DNA from: Eubacteriales bacterium
Lineage (GTDB): Bacteria; Bacillota; Clostridia; Oscillospirales; JAAYXM01
NCBI GenBank assembly: GCA_045636205.1
Contig: JAZTXE010000084.1
Location: forward strand, 8,893 to 72,892
Length of the DNA stretch: 64,000 nucleotides
Reading direction: 5' to 3'
Position numbers and translations under genes: made by a program. Of this stretch, positions 22,018 to 30,921 are shown in pieces. Under the pieces are notes generated by a model. That model saw only the letters and a list, made by a program, of their open reading frames with translations. It was not told the origin of the DNA and searched no databases. Position 1 is the stretch's first letter. The number at the start of each line of letters is the position of its first letter.

Positions 22018-23376
22018 ATGGTACATACATATCGTTTAGGCGGTTATAACATAGCAGTTGATGTAAACAGCGGTGCAGTACATGCACTCAGCGATGTTGC
22101 ATTCGACGTATTGGAAAGAATCGAAAAGCCTGAAAACGAAAAATGCCCGGAGAGTGTTATCGGCAAGCTTTCTTCAAAATACACCAGGCAAGAGATAGAG
22201 AATGCTTACGAGGAGCTTACTGAGCTCTGTGAGAACGGACTTTTATTTGCAGATGATGACTATGTGGATTTAACACGTGCGCTTCCGCAAAACAGCCCTT
22301 TAAAAGCACTGTGTCTGCACATTGCTCACGATTGCAATTTGCGTTGTTCGTATTGCTTTGCTTCTACCGGTGATTTTGGAAAAGGCAGAAAGCTTATGCC
22401 GCCGGAGATTGCAAAAAAAGCCATTGATTTTGTTATTAAGCGTTCTCAAAATCGCCACAATATAGAAATTGACTTTTTTGGCGGTGAACCGCTCATGGCA
22501 TTTGACACGGTAAAAGAAACCGTTAAATACGCAAAAAAACAAGCGGAGATACATGGCAAGACCTTCCGCTTTACACTTACTACGAACGGCGTAGGTCTTA
22601 ATGATGAGATAACCGAATATATAAATTCCGAGATGTCCAACATTGTTTTGTCGCTCGACGGCCGACGTGAGGTAAATGACCGCATGCGCAAAACCGTAAA
22701 CGGGCAGGGAAGTTATGATATAATTGTTCCCAAGTTTAAAAAGTTAGTCGATGCACGCGATAAGGACAAGGATTATTACGTACGCGGAACGTTCACGCGT
22801 GAAAATTTAGATTTTGTTGACGATGTTCTGCATATCGCAGATATGGGCTTTGACCAGCTTTCAATCGAGCCGGTAGTCACTGACGAGGGTTGTTCTTATG
22901 CAATTACAAGCGCTGATAAAGAGCGCATTGAAAAAGAGTATGAAAAGCTTGCCGAGATAATGAAAGACAGACGCGACTTTAATTTCTTCCACTTTGCGGT
23001 TGATTTAAAACAAGGTCCGTGTGTATATAAAAGGATCCGCGGATGCGGAGCAGGGTATGAGTACGCTGCAATAACCCCTGATGGCGACGTATATCCATGC
23101 CATCAGTTTGCAGGAAAAGAAGAATACTGCATGGGAAATGTCGAGGATGACACGTTTGATACTGAAATTTCAAAAGAATTTTCGCAGTATAATATTTACA
23201 CGCGCGAAGCGTGCAAAAGCTGCTGGGCACGTTTCTATTGCAGTGGCGGATGCAGTGCGGCAAACCTGAACATGAACAATGACATGGCGGTGCCTTATGA
23301 GCTGGGGTGTGAGCTTGAGCGCAAGCGTTTAGAATGCGCAATTATGCTAAAGGTTCATGACGCACTGAAAGACTAA
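22018..23376 (+). CDS. scfB: radical SAM/SPASM thioether-forming SCIFF maturase
   Basis: CNLRCSYC (CxxxCxxC) radical-SAM cluster motif and a C-terminal SPASM cysteine array (CGAG...PCHQF...CKSCWARFYCSGGC). ATG 22018 follows a GGAGG RBS; the in-frame GTG at 21991 overlaps the terminator. Confidence 0.9.
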   Translation: MVHTYRLGGYNIAVDVNSGAVHALSDVAFDVLERIEKPENEKCPESVIGKLSSKYTRQEIENAYEELTELCENGLLFADDDYVDLTRALPQNSPLKALCLHIAHDCNLRCSYCFASTGDFGKGRKLMPPEIAKKAIDFVIKRSQNRHNIEIDFFGGEPLMAFDTVKETVKYAKKQAEIHGKTFRFTLTTNGVGLNDEITEYINSEMSNIVLSLDGRREVNDRMRKTVNGQGSYDIIVPKFKKLVDARDKDKDYYVRGTFTRENLDFVDDVLHIADMGFDQLSIEPVVTDEGCSYAITSADKERIEKEYEKLAEIMKDRRDFNFFHFAVDLKQGPCVYKRIRGCGAGYEYAAITPDGDVYPCHQFAGKEEYCMGNVEDDTFDTEISKEFSQYNIYTREACKSCWARFYCSGGCSAANLNMNNDMAVPYELGCELERKRLECAIMLKVHDALKD

Positions 23377-23398
23377 AGAGAAAGACAGAGAATAAGTT

Positions 23399-23920
23399 AT
23401 GCAGATTTTGTCCTACATTTTAAGTATTACAGGTTTAGCCTGTATGATTGCCGCATCCTTGATAAAAGGCAGTAACATGAAAAAAATTCTGTTCTTCGTA
23501 TTTTGCGGAAACGTACTTGTTGCAACCAGCTATCTGATAGGCGGAAGCGGTATAAACGGAGCTGCAGCCTGTTATCTGGGTGGACTTCAGTCGATTATAA
23601 ACTATTTTTTTCAATCCAAGGGGAAACCTCTTCCTAAATGGCTGATTACGTCTTACGCAATCGCAATAATAGCACTTAACATTGCGGTAAGCGGTCTTTC
23701 TCCACTTGGAATTCTTGTAATCATCGCATCACTGACCTTTATTATGTGCATAGGTCAGACAAACGGAACCAAGTACCGTTTTTGGACAATTGTAAACATG
23801 GTTTTGTGGTGTACATATGACATTTTGTCAGCATCCTACAGCGCACTTTTAACGCACGTAGCATTACTTTCGTTTACGGTTGCAGGAATGATAATACACG
23901 ATAGAAAAAAAGAAATTTAG
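23399..23920 (+). CDS. YgjV-family inner membrane protein
   Basis: 173 aa with five or six TM segments and a YgjV-like repeat organisation. Weak assignment made from memory. Confidence 0.5.
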   Translation: MQILSYILSITGLACMIAASLIKGSNMKKILFFVFCGNVLVATSYLIGGSGINGAAACYLGGLQSIINYFFQSKGKPLPKWLITSYAIAIIALNIAVSGLSPLGILVIIASLTFIMCIGQTNGTKYRFWTIVNMVLWCTYDILSASYSALLTHVALLSFTVAGMIIHDRKKEI

Positions 23921-23928
23921 CATCAACA

Positions 23929-23972
23929 AAGAGCAGGGTAATCGTTTGTCCGATTACTTCTGCTCTTTTTTG
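23929..23972 (+). terminator. intrinsic terminator (partly bidirectional)
   Basis: Long interrupted stem AAGAGCAGGGTAATCG / CGATTACTTCTGCTCTT followed by TTTTTT. Confidence 0.8.
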
Positions 23973-23981
23973 CTATTAAAA

Positions 23982-24479
23982 TCACGGAATTCTTGCACCT
24001 AAAACGTGCAAAAAGCGAATATTTGCGTATTCATATGAACTAAGCGGACGCATAAACGCGTCATTGGTATGCGCTGCAATAAAGGTATTTTCAGGTGTTG
24101 GAACTTCACCTGTACGTAAAACCAGCAAAGAATGATAAAAATTGCCATTTTCATCACCGAGCTGGATAATATCTGCAGGGAGAATTTGCGAAATATCTGT
24201 TTCTTCTGCAAACGGTCCTACAGACTGATTATTTACCAAAAAACGGTATAAAAACTCAACTCCGGTCCAGCTTGGCGAACGGTCGTTCGCATCAATGTAA
24301 TACCAGCCGTAAATCGGTGTATAGTTCATAACACCACAGCCGGCATAGAGGCACTGGGATACAAAATTGGTGCAATCACCGCCAATGTCCTGAAAATCAT
24401 AATATTCTGGATTTCTGTCAAAAGCCCAAAAAGCAGCATATTCAACAGCCAAATCACGACGGTACATAATTTCAATCAC
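23982..24479 (-). CDS. putative amidase-domain protein (Amidase_6-like, papain-fold)
   Basis: 165 aa. The N-terminal region YNRDLAVEYA...GGDCTNFVSQCLYAG with a later H (AAHTND) resembles the 'putative amidase domain' family. Confidence 0.55.
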   Translation of the reverse strand: MIEIMYRRDLAVEYAAFWAFDRNPEYYDFQDIGGDCTNFVSQCLYAGCGVMNYTPIYGWYYIDANDRSPSWTGVEFLYRFLVNNQSVGPFAEETDISQILPADIIQLGDENGNFYHSLLVLRTGEVPTPENTFIAAHTNDAFMRPLSSYEYANIRFLHVLGARIP

Positions 24480-24803
24480 TTTAAATTAACCTCACAATGT
24501 TTTTTATAATATACTATGTTAAATAATTTTTTATTGTTACGCATAATAATTACAAAAAACAAAAGAAGTTATAATAGACATCTTAATTTAAATTATTAAA
24601 TTCAAATCAAAAACAGATTATATAATACCGAATTTACTTAAGAGCCAAATTTCAAGAAAATAAATCCGGAACATTATATATCATTGTTTAATATACTAAT
24701 TCCCTAAAACCTCTACTACTTTTTAAGCAAAATTTTCATTTTGCTTAAAAACCAATCTGACTTTTTTGCGCGGGTTCCTCTCTTAAAGTCTACTCTTCTG
24801 CTC

Positions 24804-26000
24804 TCAGTTATCTTCACGGAGTGCGGTTATTGGGTCAAGCTTTGATGCTGAAATTGCAGGTAAAACCGCAAAAATAATTCCGCAAAAAATCGCCACTGCT
24901 TCAACAATAATCAAATTCTTTATGGAAAAGCTGAATTTCATATTTAAAAGATTTAATATTAACACTGAAATTCCCAGTCCTGATATTCCGCCTATGACTC
25001 CTCCGATTGCAGATATGAGCGCAGACTCCGCCAAGAAACACATTGTAATATCTCTCCTTCTCGCACCTATAGCCATACAAATGCCTATCTCCTTTTTACG
25101 CTCTCCTGCGCTTGAAAGAGTTGTATTCATTATTCCTAAACCGCTTACGCAAAGCGAAATTGCAGCTATTGCACTCAAAAGCAATCCTATAAGGCTTACA
25201 ATGGACTTGAGGCTATTCACATGCCCGGTTAAATTTTCGGTTGAATATCCGTCTTTTGTGTTATTCTCACGGTTTAACAGTTCAACCGCTTTTTGGCCGA
25301 TTTTTTCTGACGGCAACTCACTCATACAATTAATTGCTATTTGGTCGATATCATACGTTGCCGTCATTTGATTTGCCGTTGTGTATGGTATATACATAAA
25401 ATCAGGTATCATTCCTCCGCTAATTTGATTTATTCCATCTTTTTGTGATGAAATAATACCTATAATTTCAAATTTTTCACTTTGAGTGCCTATGGTTAAA
25501 ACTATGTTTTTGCCAACTATATTTTCACGCATATATACTTTTTTTGCCAATTCACTGTCAACTACTGCAACATTCTTCTTAAAACGCACATCTGTTTCAT
25601 TTGGCAAACGGCCGAACAACAAATCCAGCGTCATAACATTGCTTATTCCGTCGTCTATACCCCAAATAACGGTATCTCCGTTTGTGTTCTTTATGCGGTA
25701 ACTTCCATACTCGACCACAAGTGGTAAAACATCGGATATTTCCGGGATTTTTTCTTTTATTTTCTGCACGTCTTCTATTGTAAGCGGCATTGTTTCAACA
25801 TTTTTTGAATACAATGTCATTCCGTGTATGCCCAATTTATCCAATTCGTCTGAAATCGCCTGCTGCCCGCTGTCACTCATCGAGACAATAAGTACGACAG
25901 ATGCAACTCCGATTGCAATTGACATGGCGGTAAGCCATGTTCTCATTCGGTTTGTGCGAAGGTTTTTAGCACCTATTATAAAAATGTCACCGATGAACAT
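24804..26000 (-). CDS. MacB/FtsX-type ABC transporter permease (no fused ATPase)
   Basis: 398 aa. N-terminal TM segment, a large extracytoplasmic MacB-like domain, then three C-terminal TM segments of FtsX type (GERKKEIGICMAIGARRRDI). Confidence 0.82.
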   Translation of the reverse strand: MFIGDIFIIGAKNLRTNRMRTWLTAMSIAIGVASVVLIVSMSDSGQQAISDELDKLGIHGMTLYSKNVETMPLTIEDVQKIKEKIPEISDVLPLVVEYGSYRIKNTNGDTVIWGIDDGISNVMTLDLLFGRLPNETDVRFKKNVAVVDSELAKKVYMRENIVGKNIVLTIGTQSEKFEIIGIISSQKDGINQISGGMIPDFMYIPYTTANQMTATYDIDQIAINCMSELPSEKIGQKAVELLNRENNTKDGYSTENLTGHVNSLKSIVSLIGLLLSAIAAISLCVSGLGIMNTTLSSAGERKKEIGICMAIGARRRDITMCFLAESALISAIGGVIGGISGLGISVLILNLLNMKFSFSIKNLIIVEAVAIFCGIIFAVLPAISASKLDPITALREDN

Positions 26001-26009
26001 AGCTCTTAC

Positions 26010-27038
26010 CTATCCCCTTACCTCTTTAATTTTATCACCGTGTTTTAACTGCACCGTTGGAGATAAAACAATTTTTTCTCTACCGCTTAAACCATGTGTT
26101 ACTTCAATTTCATTGTCTAATTCAAGGCCTGTTGTAATGTTTTTTTTGTATACAACACCGTTTTTTATAACAAAAAGCGATTCATTGTTTTTATCATCCT
26201 GTAAAATACAATTGTACGGCACGGTAACCGCTGATTTTTTCTTTTGGGTATATATCTTTGCGTTTACGCTGTACCCCGGCTTTAATCCGCCGTCAGGGTT
26301 TGTTATACTGATTAACGTATCCACAACCGTTTCTCCGCTACCGGTAAGCGATGATTTCTTTGTTGCGGTAGGATAAATTTTTTCTACTTTTCCACGGTAA
26401 GTTTTTGCAAACGCATCACCGGTTATATCTACGTCCTGCCCTTTTTTTATTCTGTTTATATATAATTCAGGTATTTGAACACGCACATATAGCTTACTTA
26501 AATCGGAAATCACCGCTGCTGCACGGTAGCTTGATATAGTACTGTTTTCTTTAGCATCAAGTTTTGTTACCACTCCGGATATAGGGCTTGTTATTGCGCT
26601 CTGAGTTTGCTGTTGTGACGCATTAAACGCAGGAAGTATCTGTCCCAAATATTCTTCCGGGTCAATTCCATATTGTTTCATAAGTAATTCAATAGCTTCA
26701 TACTCACTTTCGGATACCTCAGGGATGAGTGCTGATATATCTGCAATAGACTGACGTGACGGTTGGATAACATCAAAAAGAACCTGTCCGGCTTCTACGC
26801 TATCGCCTACTTCTATATAGACATCTTTTACATGCGAAGATGCCACAACACGTATTTCACGTGCGTCTCCGTCTTCTACACTTCCCTTTGATATTACACT
26901 GTCGTAAATATCCTTAATTTCCGGATTTACGGCTGATACGCTTATCGGAGGCTTACTGTTAAATGATGGTGATGAAAACCACATGACAAAGATTATGAGT
27001 ACGGTGGTAGCTATTGCGAAAAAACTTTTGTTTTTCAA
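26010..27038 (-). CDS. HlyD/MacA-type periplasmic adaptor (membrane fusion) protein
   Basis: 342 aa. N-terminal TM anchor, a lipoyl-like hairpin (GDSVEAGQVLFDV ... SGVVTKLD) and beta-barrel segments typical of efflux adaptor subunits. Confidence 0.78.
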   Translation of the reverse strand: MKNKSFFAIATTVLIIFVMWFSSPSFNSKPPISVSAVNPEIKDIYDSVISKGSVEDGDAREIRVVASSHVKDVYIEVGDSVEAGQVLFDVIQPSRQSIADISALIPEVSESEYEAIELLMKQYGIDPEEYLGQILPAFNASQQQTQSAITSPISGVVTKLDAKENSTISSYRAAAVISDLSKLYVRVQIPELYINRIKKGQDVDITGDAFAKTYRGKVEKIYPTATKKSSLTGSGETVVDTLISITNPDGGLKPGYSVNAKIYTQKKKSAVTVPYNCILQDDKNNESLFVIKNGVVYKKNITTGLELDNEIEVTHGLSGREKIVLSPTVQLKHGDKIKEVRG

Positions 27039-27122
27039 ATTTAATCCTCCTCAATGCGTTTTTTGTATAATCATGTAATATTCGGACATCTTAATAAAAA
27101 TATTAAATGAGGGTGAATTTTA

Positions 27123-27293
27123 ATGAGTATCATTGGATGCACAATCGATTGTGTTTACCAAACCGACGGATACTGCACATTGGAGCATGCAGCAAGCGGT
27201 GGTGAAGCTTCAGAAAACGGTTGTATACATTATGTCCGAAAATCAGGCAGTAAATACAAAAAAGAAAGCGAGAATAAAAGCGAAAGAGCCTGA
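27123..27293 (+). CDS. small Cys-rich hypothetical protein (56 aa)
   Basis: Hand-translated ORF absent from the ORF track: MSIIGCTIDCVYQTDGYCTLEHAASGGEASENGCIHYVRKSGSKYKKESENKSERA. GAGGGTG RBS at 27109-27115 lies 7 nt before the ATG. The opposing 68-aa ORF has no RBS. Confidence 0.6.
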   Translation: MSIIGCTIDCVYQTDGYCTLEHAASGGEASENGCIHYVRKSGSKYKKESENKSERA

Positions 27294-27371
27294 CCTTATT
27301 TAAATCCGTTACGGCATAAAGAAATATAATATTCATATAATGCTAATGGTTGATTTAAGGGAGCGATGTGT

Positions 27372-27812
27372 ATGGCATATTCTGACAGAGAGCTTTTGGC
27401 CAGATTAGTTCAATGCGAAGCCGGAGGTGAAGGAGAAAACGGAATGAGAGCTGTGGCAAGTGTTGTTATGAACCGCGTATATGCTCCGGGCGGTGAATAT
27501 GCACGAACCGGACGCCAAAGCATAAGGAATATTATATTTCAGCCCGGGCAGTTTGTTTGCGCAATGGAAACCGTGGGCGGCGAATATAATCCGCAAAATA
27601 TTTATAATATGCGTCCCGAAGCTATCCATTACGCGGTGGCGGATTGGGCAATTGCCGGAAACCGCTTATCGAGCCTTGGCAGCGCGTTGTGGTTTTTTAA
27701 TCCCTATTCCCCTGTTTGTCGTCAGAACTTTCCAAGTGAGGTAGGATATTTTGTCACACGTGTCGGCGAGCATTGCTTTTATAATCCGACCAATGCATAT
27801 TACCAAACTTAA
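27372..27812 (+). CDS. cwlJ: spore cortex-lytic cell wall hydrolase, CwlJ/SleB catalytic-domain family
   Basis: LLARLVQCEAGGEG..GMRAVASVVMNRV and QPGQF motifs (Hydrolase_2). It is followed by gerQ, as in Bacillus. ATG 27372 is better spaced from the AAGGGAG RBS than ATG 27366. Confidence 0.8.
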   Translation: MAYSDRELLARLVQCEAGGEGENGMRAVASVVMNRVYAPGGEYARTGRQSIRNIIFQPGQFVCAMETVGGEYNPQNIYNMRPEAIHYAVADWAIAGNRLSSLGSALWFFNPYSPVCRQNFPSEVGYFVTRVGEHCFYNPTNAYYQT

Positions 27813-27832
27813 AAAGGATAAGGTGATTTTTT

Positions 27833-28180
27833 ATGGACAGAGCAAATAGCATAAACATGAACACGCCTGATACATTAAGCCAGATTGAAAATCCTCAAAC
27901 AAATGAAGAGGTGTACCGTGGCTCAGTAGCTGCCATTCTTCAGCAAAATTTAGGATTTTTTGTAATATGTGAGTTTCTTATAGGCACAGAGAATATTGTG
28001 ACAAGAGAAGGAATCCTTTATAACGTCGGAATTAACTTCATTACCCTCTATCAGGAAGAAGAGGACAGATACGTTCTATGTGATTTGTACTCGCTAAAAT
28101 TTATAACTTTCTATGACTCAAGAACCAGGCCGCGTTCTCTCAGAAACATGCGCCGTAACGGTAACAACATGGCTTATTAA
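27833..28180 (+). CDS. gerQ: spore coat protein GerQ (YwdL) family
   Basis: 115 aa. The conserved C-terminal domain (FLIGTENIVTREGILYNVGINFITLY...YVLCDLYSLKFITF) resembles GerQ. Sits immediately downstream of cwlJ. Confidence 0.7.
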   Translation: MDRANSINMNTPDTLSQIENPQTNEEVYRGSVAAILQQNLGFFVICEFLIGTENIVTREGILYNVGINFITLYQEEEDRYVLCDLYSLKFITFYDSRTRPRSLRNMRRNGNNMAY

Positions 28181-28185
28181 TACAT

Positions 28186-28225
28186 AAAAAATGGCATTGC
28201 GATAATTATCGCAATGCCATTTTTC
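28186..28225. terminator. bidirectional terminator between gerQ and the cysK-like gene
   Basis: Near-perfect palindrome ATGGCATTGCGATA / TATCGCAATGCCAT flanked by AAAAA and TTTT. Confidence 0.85.
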
Positions 28226-28233
28226 TTAGATGT

Positions 28234-29250
28234 TTAAACGTTATATGCTTTAAATCCTAAAAGCTCAATATCTTTTACGAAGTGATGTTCTTTGATTTCA
28301 TAGGGGTCAGAGTAATCGGTTGAAAGATATTTTTTATTGTCATCAGCAAACACGGTTACGACAACGCTGTCCTCGCCTAACATCTCCTGAGCCATTACCG
28401 AACCGATGAAGTTTGCCCCCGACGATATACCAACACCTATTCCTAGTTTTCCCGCAAGAAGGCGCGACATAATTATCGCGTCTTCATCGTCTACGGATAC
28501 AACCTCATTGAGTGAATTCAAATCCAGAATACTCGGGATAAATTCGTCGGATATTCCTTGAATCCTATGCTTTCCTACCTTGTATCCGGTTGAAAGAGTC
28601 GGGGAATTAAGCGGTTCAAGCGGATATGCACGGCAATCCGGATTTGCCTTACGCAATCTGTTTGCAAGACCCATTATAGTGCCACCGGTGCCCACACCTG
28701 CAACTACGCCATCTGCCTTAAGACCAATGGCGGCAAGTTGGTTTACAATCTCCTCACCCGTGTATATCTCATGGGTTTCAATATTATCCGGATTTGAAAA
28801 CTGACCGGGCAAAAATACGCCGCCTTGTTTCTGAAGCTCCTCGGTCATAGCGATTGAACCTAAAAACCCACCCTGCTCTCGGGATACAAGGATAACCTCT
28901 GCACCATAGCTTTTCATAAGATTGATGCGCTCGGCACTCATCCAGTCCGGCATGTAGATGATAACCCTGTGGCCTAAATAGCAACCCATTGCAGAAAAAG
29001 CAATGCCGGTATTTCCGCTCGTCGCCTCAACAATCATATCCGTCGGACAGATACCACCGTCACGATATGCTTTATAAAGCAGATGATACGCAACACGGTC
29101 TTTTATACTTCCGCTCAAATTATAAGCTTCCGCCTTTGCAAATAAGCGACGACAGCGTCCTTTATATTTAAAGCTAATTTCAAGAAGCGGTGTATTTCCT
29201 ATCATCGACGATATTCTATCAAATTTTTCACGTATATCAGATTTGAGCAT
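28234..29250 (-). CDS. PLP-dependent cysteine synthase family protein
   Basis: 338 aa with PLP-lysine context SGSIKDRVA, the SGNTGIA loop and GVGTGGT. It is longer than canonical CysK, so the exact substrate is unknown. Confidence 0.8.
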   Translation of the reverse strand: MLKSDIREKFDRISSMIGNTPLLEISFKYKGRCRRLFAKAEAYNLSGSIKDRVAYHLLYKAYRDGGICPTDMIVEATSGNTGIAFSAMGCYLGHRVIIYMPDWMSAERINLMKSYGAEVILVSREQGGFLGSIAMTEELQKQGGVFLPGQFSNPDNIETHEIYTGEEIVNQLAAIGLKADGVVAGVGTGGTIMGLANRLRKANPDCRAYPLEPLNSPTLSTGYKVGKHRIQGISDEFIPSILDLNSLNEVVSVDDEDAIIMSRLLAGKLGIGVGISSGANFIGSVMAQEMLGEDSVVVTVFADDNKKYLSTDYSDPYEIKEHHFVKDIELLGFKAYNV

Positions 29251-29457
29251 TAAATTAAACCTCTGTTCCTAAGAAAAATAGATATGCCAATATATGTACA
29301 TATAAAGCTTTATGTTCGATAATTTTGCTGGACAATTAACAAAAGCTAATGTATCATAATTTATAAGCTGAGTTTATGCAACGCTTCTATTTTATCACGC
29401 TCGTGAGCAGAAGTCGAGAGTTTTTTATCTAAAACGATGAAAGTAGTGGAAATTTTT

Positions 29458-30921
29458 ATGAAAAATACATTTGACGTTGTTATAATCGGGGGCGGTGCAG
29501 TCGGATGCGCTATTGCACGCGAGCTTTCACGTTATAAATTAAAGATTGCATTGCTTGAAAAAAATCCGGATGTATGCTTTGAGACAAGCGGAAGAAATTC
29601 CGGTGTTGTGCACGCGGGTTTTAATAATCGCCCGGGAACTTTGATGGCTGAGTTTTGCGTCAAAGGTAACCGTATGTTCGACGATATTGCAAATGAACTG
29701 GATGTGCCTTTCAAACGCACGGGTAAATTAGTCGTCGGCTTTACCCCGGATGACCGAGAAAGACTAAACGCAATAAAAGAAAATGGCGAAAAAAATTGTG
29801 TTCCGGGTCTTGAGATAATAGAAAAAGCAGAGCTTACTCGCAAAGCACCGGGTATCGGTGGCGAGTTCGCGCTCTGGTCCCCTTCTACGGGCGTTTTTAA
29901 CCCCTTTGAGCTCACGATAGGGCTTGCGGAAAACGCGGTAAAAAACGGTGTTAAAATCCGTTTAAACAACGAAGTGAAATCCATATCCCGCACAAATGAA
30001 TTTTACCATATACAAACTGACAAGGAAATCTTCACTTCACGTTGGGTAATAAACTCTGCCGGACTCAATTCAGCACGTATTTCCGATATGCTCGGAATTG
30101 AAGGTTATAAAATCCATCCGTGTCGCGGAGAATACTTTATTTTGGATAAACGTGCAGGTGAATTTTTAAAGTTGCCTGTCTATCCGGTTCCGAACCCAAA
30201 ATCAGGAGGACTCGGAATTCACCTGACTCCGTCAGTTGACGGCAACATTTTTGTCGGGCCGAGCAATGAGTATATAGACTCATCCGATGACTACAGCTCG
30301 ACGGCAGAAGTTATGGATATGCTTATAAAAGACGGAGGACGTATCTTCCCTCACCTCAAACGCGAATATTTTATACGCAATTTTTCCGGCATCCGTCCCA
30401 AGCTTGCAGGAAAAGAAACTGGCGGATACCACGATTTCGTAATAGAGCACAGAAAAGATATTGCCCCGCAGGCGATAAATCTGGTAGGTATAGAATCTCC
30501 GGGTATGACGAGCGCGGTGCCGATTGCAAAATATATTATTGAACTTATAAAAAAAGACGAAGAACTTACTCCAAATCCGAGTTTTTCCCCAACGCGCCGC
30601 GCAGTTGTAACTTTTCGTGACAAATCCCCCGAGGAACAAGCGCGCCTTATTGCAGAAAACCCGGACTACGGCGAAATAATCTGTCGCTGCGAAAATATCA
30701 CAAAAGCCGAGGTTTTGGCAGCTATACACAATCCTCTCGGCGCGGATACACTCGCGGGAGTAAAATACCGCTGCAGAGCCATGATGGGGCGCTGTCAAGG
30801 CGGGTATTGCCAAACACGCATTGCTGAGCTTTTAATGCGTGAAAAAGCTAAAAAACCCGAGGAGATTTTATACAAACAAAAAGGCTCATATTTATTTTGC
30901 GGAACGGTGTGTGAAAAATGA
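29458..30921 (+). CDS. FAD-dependent oxidoreductase, GlpA-like (glycerol-3-phosphate dehydrogenase family) with BFD-like [2Fe-2S] domain
   Basis: N-terminal DVVIIGGGAVGCAIA dinucleotide fold and a C-terminal CRCENIT...C..GYC BFD-type cysteine motif. ATG 29458 is chosen so that the GxGxxG motif lies near the N-terminus. Confidence 0.78.
   Translation: MKNTFDVVIIGGGAVGCAIARELSRYKLKIALLEKNPDVCFETSGRNSGVVHAGFNNRPGTLMAEFCVKGNRMFDDIANELDVPFKRTGKLVVGFTPDDRERLNAIKENGEKNCVPGLEIIEKAELTRKAPGIGGEFALWSPSTGVFNPFELTIGLAENAVKNGVKIRLNNEVKSISRTNEFYHIQTDKEIFTSRWVINSAGLNSARISDMLGIEGYKIHPCRGEYFILDKRAGEFLKLPVYPVPNPKSGGLGIHLTPSVDGNIFVGPSNEYIDSSDDYSSTAEVMDMLIKDGGRIFPHLKREYFIRNFSGIRPKLAGKETGGYHDFVIEHRKDIAPQAINLVGIESPGMTSAVPIAKYIIELIKKDEELTPNPSFSPTRRAVVTFRDKSPEEQARLIAENPDYGEIICRCENITKAEVLAAIHNPLGADTLAGVKYRCRAMMGRCQGGYCQTRIAELLMREKAKKPEEILYKQKGSYLFCGTVCEK

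Noticed and set aside
24724-24747. Hairpin TAAGCAAAAT-TTTC-ATTTTGCTTA as the terminator of the MacB-like operon
   Set aside because: The T-run lies upstream of the stem and the A-run downstream when read on either strand. That is the reverse of what an intrinsic terminator needs.
27130-27336. 68-aa minus-strand ORF from the track
   Set aside because: It has no RBS and an odd composition. The opposite strand carries a 56-aa frame with a strong, well-spaced RBS, so the plus-strand ORF is preferred.
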